From positions 1-45,389 of the IMG/VR virus record IMGVR_UViG_3300042923_001252: a stretch of 45,389 bases of DNA. One strand, given 5' to 3'. This document shows, in pieces, positions 8,042 through 15,916 of this stretch. How positions within the stretch are numbered: position 1 is the stretch's first letter; each line of letters begins with the position of its first letter. The notes below the pieces were generated by a model, which was not told the origin of the DNA, ran no database searches, and saw nothing but the letters and a program-made list of their open reading frames with translations. The stretch comes from a virus. Both the position numbers and the translations under genes were made by a program.

Positions 8042-8194
8042 TCACGATACCTCACCAGGTCCGATCAACGTCAAGGCAAGAACAAGAATCGCTGTAAATG
8101 TGAGTGCTGGAAAAGCAAGACTGTCGCGCTTACGTTGACCTCCGAAAACACCAATTCCGGCAAGGATGATTAATACAATGCGAATTGCTAACAC
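8042..8194 (-). CDS. Small two-TM membrane protein (50 aa)
   Basis: Not in the track. GTG 8194 lies 6 nt after AGGAGGG. Translation LAIRIVLIILAGIGVFGG..ALTFTAILVLALTLIG is hydrophobic. A second 42-aa hydrophobic ORF (7917..8045) may follow. Confidence 0.4.
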   Translation of the reverse strand: MLAIRIVLIILAGIGVFGGQRKRDSLAFPALTFTAILVLALTLIGPGEVS

Positions 8195-8212
8195 AGTTAT
8201 CCCTCCTAACTC

Positions 8213-9187
8213 CTAAATGCTGTTTAGGTAATTATCCAGGTACTTAGCACGCCGTTTAACCTCTTCCGGATCCTCGGGTGGTTTATCTGTTTTGGGCTTG
8301 TCCATCCACTCCGGAACAATTTCTCGGCGCATTGATTGAGGCCCATCTCTCTGCGCACGATCACGCTGCTTTGTATCTGCTCTCGCCTGTTCCAACGTCC
8401 TTATGTTTCGATCGTTCCAGTTCTTAAGAATGCCTGCAGCATAGTTAAACTGCTTCCCACCTCGCAAAGCTATTTTCATAGCCTCAATTACAAGATCACT
8501 AGATAAGGTGTCAATCCAAATATCCATTTCTTGAGCAACCGCAGGAGCAAGAACACCAAAATTTTGTTGATAAAATTCAGAAGCATCTTTTCGTTTGTTA
8601 ATGTCTTCTTGAAATTTATCCGGTTCAGTAGAACCGACCACACCTACACCACCATCTTTTTTCTCTTCTTGATCTGGATACTGTATCTGTTTCTGGTAGT
8701 GGTTCTGGTTATTATTCTGGTTCTGGTTGTGGTTCTGGTGGGGGTTCGGTATGGATACAGGTTCTTTCTCGGTTTCTTCCTGTATCGATACTGTATTGAT
8801 AGGGTATCCATACAGTATGCATAGACGAACAACCTCGTTAAGAAACTCTATCGTTTTTACTTCCGCAAGCTCCGTGTCGACACGCTTTGCAATCTTCGGA
8901 GAAGCTGCAGAATTATATTTCAACCAGTTCATGATGAAAAGTTCCTGCTCGTCACGGTTGTATTTAATCCGTCCGTACTTCTCAAATCGTTCAATCATCT
9001 TATCTACTGTTGATATATCCCAACCAAGATCAAAAGCCATGACACGGCGATTAATACGGTATATGCCGCACTGAGACGTTCTCCCGTTCGTCATCAAGTA
9101 GATGTAAAAATATTTATCTTCCGGAGTCATTTCAGTAACCAGTTCATCTTGCCAAAAATTAATGTCTATCTTTCGGAAGATAGCCAC
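8213..9187 (-). CDS. Phage replisome organizer / DnaD-domain replication initiation protein
   Basis: The N-terminus FRKIDINFWQDE..EDKYFYIYLMTN..CGIY fits Phage_rep_org_N. The C-terminus FYQQNFG....MDIWID..L..EAMKIAL......NYAAGILKNW fits the DnaD/DnaB_2 domain. The two are joined by an N/Q/H low-complexity linker. Confidence 0.85.
   Translation of the reverse strand: MAIFRKIDINFWQDELVTEMTPEDKYFYIYLMTNGRTSQCGIYRINRRVMAFDLGWDISTVDKMIERFEKYGRIKYNRDEQELFIMNWLKYNSAASPKIAKRVDTELAEVKTIEFLNEVVRLCILYGYPINTVSIQEETEKEPVSIPNPHQNHNQNQNNNQNHYQKQIQYPDQEEKKDGGVGVVGSTEPDKFQEDINKRKDASEFYQQNFGVLAPAVAQEMDIWIDTLSSDLVIEAMKIALRGGKQFNYAAGILKNWNDRNIRTLEQARADTKQRDRAQRDGPQSMRREIVPEWMDKPKTDKPPEDPEEVKRRAKYLDNYLNSI
8675..8819. 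repeat. Iteron-like repeat cluster inside the replisome organizer gene (candidate origin of replication)
   Basis: ATACTGTAT occurs at 8678 and 8788 (direct) and at 8810 (inverted). TGGATAC occurs at 8675 and 8752 and inverted at 8804. Palindrome GTATCGATAC is at 8782. TTCTGG occurs 5 times in 8691..8738. Confidence 0.5.
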
Positions 9188-9211
9188 ATTACTTCACCTT
9201 CTCTCGACCGT

Positions 9212-9691
9212 TTAAAACGGAAAATCATCGTCACTTATGTCCAATGGCTTGCTATCTTGAGCAAACGGATCTTCAAAGGATGGAGGATTCTGCTCAGATG
9301 GCTTCGTATAGCCATTATTGACATTGCTGCTATATTGATCTTGATTTGATGATTGACCGCTTGAACGCGCACTCTTGGGCTCTAGAAACTGTACTGAATC
9401 AGCAACCACTTCCGTTACGTAAACTCGCTTTCCTTCGTTATTCTCATAACTTCGTGTTTGAATGCGACCTTCTACACCAGCCAAACTACCCTTCTGCAAG
9501 AAATTAGCTGCATTCTCTGCCTGCCGGCGCCAAACAACGACAGGTATAAAATCAGCATCACGCTCGCCCTGTTGGTTCGAGAACGGCCGGTTAACTGCGA
9601 TCGTGAAACTGGTAACCGCTACACCATTAGGCGTGTATTTTAGTTCCGGATTTTTGGTCAATCTTCCAACAAGCACTACCCTATTGATCAT
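9212..9691 (-). CDS. ssb: Single-stranded DNA-binding protein
   Basis: [37 protein letters not shown]-fold N-terminus, low-complexity linker and an acidic tail ending DDDFPF. Confidence 0.95.
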   Translation of the reverse strand: MINRVVLVGRLTKNPELKYTPNGVAVTSFTIAVNRPFSNQQGERDADFIPVVVWRRQAENAANFLQKGSLAGVEGRIQTRSYENNEGKRVYVTEVVADSVQFLEPKSARSSGQSSNQDQYSSNVNNGYTKPSEQNPPSFEDPFAQDSKPLDISDDDFPF

Positions 9692-9708
9692 TCTGTTCAC
9701 CACCTTAA

Positions 9709-10455
9709 TTATTCAAATGTGACTTCCGGTTTTTTCTCCGGCTCTACTTCGTCGCTATCTTCATCTGAATCGATAATCAATTTGACTTGAGACTGACTCA
9801 AATTTAAAAGAAATACCTCGAAGTCATTCATATATCTCAGAGATCCAACGTCAAAAACACGTCTGAAATCCATATCCCAACCGGCATCTGATTGTTTATC
9901 CCATCGATATAATCTGATGCTAAAATTCATGTTGTCATCATGTTCACATTCGAAAACTAATGTGGCATGATCAAAACTGCTCCAACTTCTATCCGTATCA
10001 CGCTCGAATTCAAAGCCAACCTCAACATTTTCATATCTTGGTTCATCATCGTAATCGACACCTAATCCATCAGTGTCAACATTTTTTGATACATAGTCCA
10101 TCCATTTTCCAAATAGCTCTGTCACTTTAATTTCTTTAATGTCAGTGGGAATCGTTAACTTTTTAAAGTTCTCTAGTAACTTTTTATTTTCCAGAGCAGA
10201 ACTTTTGAGAACATCCACCAAAACACTATCCAGTTTTGTGATGTACTGCGAATAATCGTAAGATTCCAGATATGGAACCATAACAGCTTTCACTTGGTCC
10301 TCAATAATCTTTGTTACATCTCCATATGATCTGAACAAATTTTGCAAAGCCGTTTTCACTCCGGCTTCAAGTTGCTCAGAGATTAACTTTTCAACCGTTC
10401 CGTCTTCCAACTTTTTGGAAATGACATCCTTAATATTATTTTCAATCGTCATCAT
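9709..10455 (-). CDS. Strongly acidic hypothetical protein
   Basis: About 248 aa with D+E roughly double K+R by eye. C-terminus is [20 protein letters not shown]. No RecT/Erf-like motif seen despite its position next to ssb. Confidence 0.55.
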   Translation of the reverse strand: MMTIENNIKDVISKKLEDGTVEKLISEQLEAGVKTALQNLFRSYGDVTKIIEDQVKAVMVPYLESYDYSQYITKLDSVLVDVLKSSALENKKLLENFKKLTIPTDIKEIKVTELFGKWMDYVSKNVDTDGLGVDYDDEPRYENVEVGFEFERDTDRSWSSFDHATLVFECEHDDNMNFSIRLYRWDKQSDAGWDMDFRRVFDVGSLRYMNDFEVFLLNLSQSQVKLIIDSDEDSDEVEPEKKPEVTFE

Positions 10456-10528
10456 GATCGCTCCCTTGTCCACCCTGCATTTACATGCTAAGATAGACGT
10501 ATAGTGTATTTGATAAATTCACAGTTTC

Positions 10529-10693
10529 TTAACGAGCTTCCGTTGCCGCGGAGGCTTTCTTCATTTTTCTCAAAGCAATCTTCATTTCATAAATCTGTTG
10601 CTTCGCCCATTTTTCAGCATCCACAAAGCCTTGTTTCTTGGACGTTTTGCGAATATGTTTGAGTTCGTTAATACGTTCCTTCACTTCGTTCAT
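10529..10693 (-). CDS. Small basic coiled-coil protein (54 aa)
   Basis: Not in the track. ATG 10693 follows GAGGTGAAAA and overlaps the upstream stop (ATGA). Confidence 0.4.
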   Translation of the reverse strand: MNEVKERINELKHIRKTSKKQGFVDAEKWAKQQIYEMKIALRKMKKASAATEAR

Positions 10694-10818
10694 CGCGTTT
10701 TCACCTCGTTTTCTTTTTTTAGACGCTCATAAGAAGCAACGAATCGTTCGTAGCGTTCCGGAGAAAGTCGCGCCTTCATGGTTTCCATTAGCTTCGACAT
10801 TTTCTGATTCTCAGTCAT
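10690..10818 (-). CDS. Small hypothetical protein (42 aa)
   Basis: Not in the track. ATG 10818 overlaps the stop of gene 10815..11429 (ATGA coupling). Confidence 0.35.
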   Translation of the reverse strand: MTENQKMSKLMETMKARLSPERYERFVASYERLKKENEVKTR

Positions 10819-11429
10819 ACAAATGCCTTCTCTCTCTCGATATTGATCAACCGATCAACTGAACTGATTGCTACTTGATCAACAATTGCCTCACTTGTCC
10901 AAGCATTGATGATCTTCGTCCATGAAATTCCTAGATTCATTTCTGCCGACATCATGACGCAACTAGCAGCATGATAAACATCATCAATTTGGGAAAGATG
11001 ATCCTCATATTCAGATTGCTCAGAATTGGAAAGACCTCTTCCTGGTCGCATATCCTTATTCATTTCTGCTATGCGATCGAGTGATTTTAGAGCTTGAAGG
11101 CACTGCTCTTTCATGTTGTTTAACTGGCGATCAAGATTTTTAATTAAGCGAATGTCTGTAGGTACTCGCCCACGTCCGAATATATGGAGCACTGCTTGAC
11201 GTGCCGCATAATCCTCACAGGCATCGCACCAGTCTAAAGCATCGTTAAGACTGATTCTGCTCGTCCCACTTTCAATTGATGTTAGCGTTCCATACGTAAT
11301 TCCAAGTTTGCTTGCTAATACTGTCTTCTTTTTCATTTCCTTGTTCTTGCTGTACAGCCGTGCAGCTTCTAAAATTTCCCCGATTGAAGTTGTACGATAT
11401 ACAGGCGCGATATGAGTGCTGTTCGCCAA
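10815..11429 (-). CDS. HTH (XRE-like) DNA-binding protein, early operon
   Basis: KKTVLASKLGITYGTLTSIESGTSRISLN resembles an XRE HTH. TTG 11429 lies 6 nt after GGAGGGG. Confidence 0.55.
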   Translation of the reverse strand: MANSTHIAPVYRTTSIGEILEAARLYSKNKEMKKKTVLASKLGITYGTLTSIESGTSRISLNDALDWCDACEDYAARQAVLHIFGRGRVPTDIRLIKNLDRQLNNMKEQCLQALKSLDRIAEMNKDMRPGRGLSNSEQSEYEDHLSQIDDVYHAASCVMMSAEMNLGISWTKIINAWTSEAIVDQVAISSVDRLINIEREKAFV

Positions 11430-11526
11430 CTTGTTCCCCTCCAATATTCATTAAAGAATGTTTAAAATTAAATTAGTCGATGTTTTTGATCCGCCTCCTT
11501 TCAGGGCTTGTCTCTTCGGAGAAGGA

Positions 11527-11694
11527 TTAAACCTTCTCACCTTTGGCAGCTAAATCTTCAATGATTTTCCAGCCCACGCTATACATCGCTTTGACACGTC
11601 GCTCATTTTCCTCATCGGAAATATCTGGTTCAACGACGTGGATAACTGTATTACCAATGTGATAGGTCTCTGCATACTCTGGTTGTTTTTTCAT
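11527..11694 (-). CDS. Small hypothetical protein (55 aa)
   Basis: ATG 11694 lies about 10 nt after GGGAGG. The longer track version overlaps the cro-like gene. Confidence 0.45.
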   Translation of the reverse strand: MKKQPEYAETYHIGNTVIHVVEPDISDEENERRVKAMYSVGWKIIEDLAAKGEKV

Positions 11695-11755
11695 GATGCG
11701 CATACCTCCCACATTATCCTTATGCTTAAGGTTGGAGTGGACGGCCCTTGTTAAT

Positions 11756-12013
11756 TCAATCATTGATGGAAATATTACCTTTTGGTAATTCATCAATACA
11801 ATAAAACAATTGCTCAAATTTTAATTCAGGAAAGGCCGTGAGAATTCCCGAAATAAACTTGCTGCCTGGATTCCTTTTACCATTTAAAATACGGTTAACA
11901 GTGCTATTTGCAACACCGATAAGGTCTGCAAATTGACTATCACTAATCCTCTTCTTTTCGAGATAGTCTCGTAAGAATTCAGATCTAACAGCGATATTTG
12001 CTGTTTGTTCCAT
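11756..12013 (-). CDS. Cro-like XRE-family HTH regulator (first gene of the lytic operon)
   Basis: ISDSQFADLIGVANSTVNRILNGKRNP HTH. Divergent from the repressor gene across a 190-bp operator region. Confidence 0.8.
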   Translation of the reverse strand: MEQTANIAVRSEFLRDYLEKKRISDSQFADLIGVANSTVNRILNGKRNPGSKFISGILTAFPELKFEQLFYCIDELPKGNISIND

Positions 12014-12203
12014 TTTGTTCGCCGCCTATTCCCATTTGGTAATTTCCTTATGGGAATAATATATCACTGCATTTACCTTTTGGCAACACTTTTACATGAA
12101 CTTTTTTGATATTTATTGCCTTTTGGCAACGTCTGATATTAAATAAATATATTCGATATACAGTATTTTATATTGAATAATCGATTTTGAGAGGCTGAAT
12201 TTA
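12014..12203. promoter_or_regulatory. Genetic-switch region with three evenly spaced operator-like dyads and divergent promoters
   Basis: TTRCC-TTTT-GGYAA dyads at 12029..12042 (degenerate), 12073..12086 and 12116..12129, spaced 44 and 43 bp. The leftward promoter has -35 TTGCCA (12081..12086, minus) and -10 TATATT (12058..12063, minus) with a 17-nt spacer. Inverted repeat ATTCCCAT/ATGGGAAT lies at 12028/12050. Confidence 0.65.
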
Positions 12204-12596
12204 ATGAGCGAGTTTGGAATGTATATAAAAAAAATAAGAGAATCAAAAGGATTAACCCTTAACCAAACTGCATTGTATTCAGGGATAAGCGCTGCTCAGC
12301 TGTCACGAATCGAAAATGGAAAAAGAGGTGTTCCAAAGCCTCCTACAATTAAAGCACTATCTGAAGCATTAAAAGTTAGTTATGAAGTACTTATGGAAAA
12401 AGCAGGATATATTGAGGACATAAATAATGATAGATCTGAGCTAACGGCCGATAGTGAACTTAAAAGTCTAATGAATGATCCTGACTTTATGGTTGCCTAT
12501 AAGGAATATCCTGGTAGTCCGGAGGAAGCAAAAGAGGATTTGATAGGCTTCCTCAAACTAATCAAGGAACGTGACGAACGTAAAAGAAAGAAGTAA
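12204..12596 (+). CDS. CI-like XRE-family repressor (ImmR-type)
   Basis: IKKIRESKGLTLNQTALYSGISAAQLSRIENGKR HTH with a C-terminal extension. Heads the plus-strand lysogeny operon that ends in the integrase. Confidence 0.85.
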   Translation: MSEFGMYIKKIRESKGLTLNQTALYSGISAAQLSRIENGKRGVPKPPTIKALSEALKVSYEVLMEKAGYIEDINNDRSELTADSELKSLMNDPDFMVAYKEYPGSPEEAKEDLIGFLKLIKERDERKRKK

Positions 12597-12630
12597 AAAA
12601 TTTTATCATCGTAATAGGTATTTTGAATCA

Positions 12631-12644
12631 CGAACGGACGTTCC
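12631..12644. promoter_or_regulatory. LexA (Cheo/SOS) box upstream of the membrane-protein/ImmA unit
   Basis: CGAACGGACGTTCC fits the Bacillus consensus CGAACRNRYGTTYC at every position. Confidence 0.55.
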
Positions 12645-12778
12645 TGAAAACTATTCTATATGGCGTCCATCAATGTTTACTTCAGTAACGTTAACTTTCA
12701 CTTATAGGAAAATGTGAATCCAAAATACTCTAATTAACGTGAATCTTAAAGACTATAAAAAGGTTAGGAAGTGAATAA

Positions 12779-13138
12779 ATGTCAATTAAAGATGTTAGAG
12801 CAGGTATTTCACAGGCCCAAATGAATGAAGATTCGATCAACTATCTGCTTGGAGAAATTCTAATTATTTCAATCATTACTGGAGTTATAACCAAATCTTG
12901 GTGGGTATTTGGTGCTGTTCTTATTGGTTTATTTGTTGGTTTTATGTTTAAAAAAATTGCTATTTTCTTGATTATTTTATTCAGTATATCGTGGTCCACA
13001 ATAGGCTTTATAATTGGCTTCCATATTGGAGGATTTGGAGCTGCTTTTGTAATCGGATTTATCATTTTAGCAATTTCTGCAGGTCTTCATTTTTCTGCGC
13101 TTGAGTGGTTGGACGACATTGGATCAAATGAGGGATAA
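12779..13138 (+). CDS. Four-TM membrane protein (possible superinfection exclusion)
   Basis: 119 aa with four hydrophobic segments rich in G/I/F. RBS is AGGAAGTGA. Confidence 0.65.
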   Translation: MSIKDVRAGISQAQMNEDSINYLLGEILIISIITGVITKSWWVFGAVLIGLFVGFMFKKIAIFLIILFSISWSTIGFIIGFHIGGFGAAFVIGFIILAISAGLHFSALEWLDDIGSNEG

Positions 13139-13251
13139 AAATATCAATAATGCTTAAAATTTATTAAATGTTAAACTGGTCATTTGCCCTTTGGGGCTTT
13201 TATTTAGACTTTAAAAAGGAACATACGTTCACATCATTAAGGGGATTATTC

Positions 13252-13863
13252 ATGTACAGTAAAACTGATCTTGAAGATTATGTTGAAACTCTATATCGCT
13301 CAATCGGGATTAATCACCCGGATCACCTAATTATGAATGAGGTCGCACAGCGATTAAATATAGAAGTTATTCATTCTGAGTATAAAAGCCAAGCATTAAG
13401 AATTAAAAATCGAATGATAGTTAACTTAAACTGCAATTTAAAAAGTTATGTTGACCAGTGGGAAATATTTGGACATGAGATATTTCATGTGTTAAAGGAT
13501 ACTGGTAATCAATCTCTTATTCCCGTACTGCTAAGAGAACTACGGGAATCAAAAGCAAAAAACTTTGCCCTTCACTTCTGTATCCCGACGTTTATGCTAG
13601 AAAAAATCGACTGGAAAGAAGAAAATACAATTCCGTTCATTGCAGAAAGATTTCAGGTCACTTATGCCTTTGCCACGGAACGACTTGAACAGTATAGAAA
13701 TCGAATTATTCAAAGCCAAACAGATGATTTAGTTGCAGTCACTGAACCATCAGCGTCTTATCACATAGATAACTGTTCATACGAAACTAGACGGATCATT
13801 GAGCAATTAAGAATTCAACTTAATCGAAAGGGTGAGAAACTTGAATTCAAAAGTTTATTATGA
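13252..13863 (+). CDS. ImmA/IrrE-family zinc metalloprotease (anti-repressor protease)
   Basis: HEIFH (HExxH) within WEIFGHEIFHVL. Size and context (downstream of the XRE repressor) match ImmR/ImmA pairs. ATG 13252 follows AAGGGGA. Confidence 0.8.
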   Translation: MYSKTDLEDYVETLYRSIGINHPDHLIMNEVAQRLNIEVIHSEYKSQALRIKNRMIVNLNCNLKSYVDQWEIFGHEIFHVLKDTGNQSLIPVLLRELRESKAKNFALHFCIPTFMLEKIDWKEENTIPFIAERFQVTYAFATERLEQYRNRIIQSQTDDLVAVTEPSASYHIDNCSYETRRIIEQLRIQLNRKGEKLEFKSLL

Positions 13864-14221
13864 CAGCGATATTGAAGGAAATCTATATCCGCTCTGGTAC
13901 ACAGTTGAGGGAAATATTGATTGGGACAGCACAAGACTCTTTCTACAGATCAACACACCGTTCGAACGAATTGACAGCATCCAGTTTGATGACGAGATCA
14001 TAGGATGCTCTGTGTTCGCTCAGGAACTCATTGTGAACCAGAACAAGCCCAATCAATTAGGAATCAACCTCGAGGCTGTCAGAAGGAGAATTAGCGAGAA
14101 TATTGAGCCATACAAGGTTGAACGGCTTATTATTCAAGTAACAGATATCGAAGATCTGCTGCAAATAGGTAGAAAATTATTCGAATGGCACAGTCATGAG
14201 AACAGATTCTTAGATTTCTAA
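13832..14221 (+). CDS. Hypothetical protein
   Basis: GTG 13832 or TTG 13841 (after AAAGGGTGA). Overlaps the immA end. No motif and no internal Met. Confidence 0.5.
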   Translation: MRNLNSKVYYDSDIEGNLYPLWYTVEGNIDWDSTRLFLQINTPFERIDSIQFDDEIIGCSVFAQELIVNQNKPNQLGINLEAVRRRISENIEPYKVERLIIQVTDIEDLLQIGRKLFEWHSHENRFLDF

Positions 14222-14387
14222 CACTTGAAAAAACATCCGAATTATATCTAGGATGTCCATATTTCCATTTATACAAGGTTAAAATACATTCACACTGCTG
14301 AATTAAATCTAATGCCTTTATGAATAAACCGAATCATACTAAATAAATATTGCATTATTCCGATAAATATGTTAAGGAGATGATACT

Positions 14388-14981
14388 ATGCGACTAAAAC
14401 TTTTTAATTTAGTGAAATTGCATAAGGATATGCTAATAAACCGAGTAACCTACGATGTCTTTGATTACACAAACAATAATATCGAGTTCAGTATTTTGTT
14501 TGATATAGAGACAAAGCCTTATTTTAACCTAACAATTATTAAGAAGAAAAGCGATCTCTTTTTGACATTCGATATTGAAAATGGTTATATAATTGAAACA
14601 AACATATCTAAAGATAAATACAATCTACTAAAAAGAATGCTGGAAATTAATCCCCCAACAAGTAACCCCTTCTCAACATTCAATTTCTTCCAAGATATTA
14701 ATTCAAAAATTCCCAGTTGCATTTCTCGTAAGCCACTTTCTAAACATACGATTGCTAGAATTTATTCTGTTGAAGAACCGGATTTGGTTTATATAAAAAC
14801 TCTTATCAATTGGCAGGCACATCCTCAATCAGGAAGGCACTGCTCTCCAGAAAATAAGGAGAAAACAAAAAAATTATATCGTGAATTGTATGAACAGATC
14901 AAAGATAAAGATATTAGCGTTAAATATACAGATCAGAATATCATGGCAGAAGATGAAGCGATCACTCGTTATTTAAAATAA
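14388..14981 (+). CDS. Hypothetical protein (AT-rich cargo gene 1)
   Basis: 197 aa; ATG follows AAGGAGATGA. No recognisable motif, TM segment or signal peptide. Confidence 0.6.
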   Translation: MRLKLFNLVKLHKDMLINRVTYDVFDYTNNNIEFSILFDIETKPYFNLTIIKKKSDLFLTFDIENGYIIETNISKDKYNLLKRMLEINPPTSNPFSTFNFFQDINSKIPSCISRKPLSKHTIARIYSVEEPDLVYIKTLINWQAHPQSGRHCSPENKEKTKKLYRELYEQIKDKDISVKYTDQNIMAEDEAITRYLK

Positions 14982-14998
14982 CTTTGGGGGAAATATTA

Positions 14999-15832
14999 AT
15001 GATTCAAAGAATTATGGAGTTCTTCGCTGAAATATTTAAGCATGATAGAGAATTGGAAAGCAATCATACACCAAATTTTCAATCTGAAGATGGAAATCGT
15101 AGAAAATTATTCGAAATTGAACCATTGCCACACGGATATTCACCGACAGTTTTAAAAAGATATAGTATCCACGCGAAGTTCACAGAAACAAAAAGAAAAC
15201 GCCGCCTTACTTTGTTCGCTCTTGACGAAGAACAGGCAATACTTAAAGCAATGGAGAAAGGATTCGAAGAACCGTTTGATCTCACGGAAGAACCAGAAAT
15301 ACCCACTCCGAACCAGGTTCATTTCGCTGAAGATCTGGAAATTGACATCCCCGAAAATTGTTCCAAAATCGACCTTTCATATTTAATTACACGCAGAAAA
15401 GGAGATCCAAAACACCCAAATATTGAATTAATGGATTTTGCAGGCGGTCGTGGACTACTCTCATCAAGATACATAGGTAAGAAAAGCCTTTATAACAGTC
15501 TCTTTAGCTCACTGAAATCCGAAGATAAAGTTGCCTTTTTTATTTTTTGCATCTATAGATACCTCTCTGACGACCGGAGAGGGAATCTTGACAGTCATCC
15601 ACAAAGAGAAATATTTTATAAATTCGCCGAAGAAATGGTAAAAAATCAATCCTTTATCAAATCGATGCTTAAATATAAAGGAAAGGATCTTAGATTCTTT
15701 GGAACAATCCGAACTAATGAAATTGAAATATGTGGAGGAAGTACAAATACAATTGCCTATAAAAAAGCATCACTTTATTTAAGAGATCATTTCGATCTAC
15801 CACTCACACGTACAAAAGAGTTTGTAGACTAG
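14999..15832 (+). CDS. Hypothetical protein (AT-rich cargo gene 2)
   Basis: ATG 14999 lies 6 nt after GGGGGAA (the track starts at TTG 14984). 277 aa with no recognisable motif. Ends 84 nt before the integrase ATG. Confidence 0.6.
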   Translation: MIQRIMEFFAEIFKHDRELESNHTPNFQSEDGNRRKLFEIEPLPHGYSPTVLKRYSIHAKFTETKRKRRLTLFALDEEQAILKAMEKGFEEPFDLTEEPEIPTPNQVHFAEDLEIDIPENCSKIDLSYLITRRKGDPKHPNIELMDFAGGRGLLSSRYIGKKSLYNSLFSSLKSEDKVAFFIFCIYRYLSDDRRGNLDSHPQREIFYKFAEEMVKNQSFIKSMLKYKGKDLRFFGTIRTNEIEICGGSTNTIAYKKASLYLRDHFDLPLTRTKEFVD

Positions 15833-15916
15833 GTGTCATATCCTTATATCAAACAAGTAAATAACCACATCTCCCCTCTTTATCTGTATAATATGGATAA
15901 TGGAGGGGATTTCATT

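Noticed and set aside
7925-8173. 82-aa plus-strand ORF in the gap between the ASCH-like gene and the replisome organizer.
   Set aside because: It is Arg/Gln/Ser-rich, has no RBS, and lies opposite to the operon. The minus strand offers RBS-preceded small hydrophobic ORFs (8042..8194, 7917..8045) that fit the operon better.
8691-8738. Tandem TTCTGG / GGTTCTGG repeats considered as a CRISPR-like or satellite array.
   Set aside because: The units are 6-8 nt without spacers, are in frame, and encode the N/Q/H linker of the replisome organizer. They are better explained as coding low complexity, possibly doubling as ori iterons.
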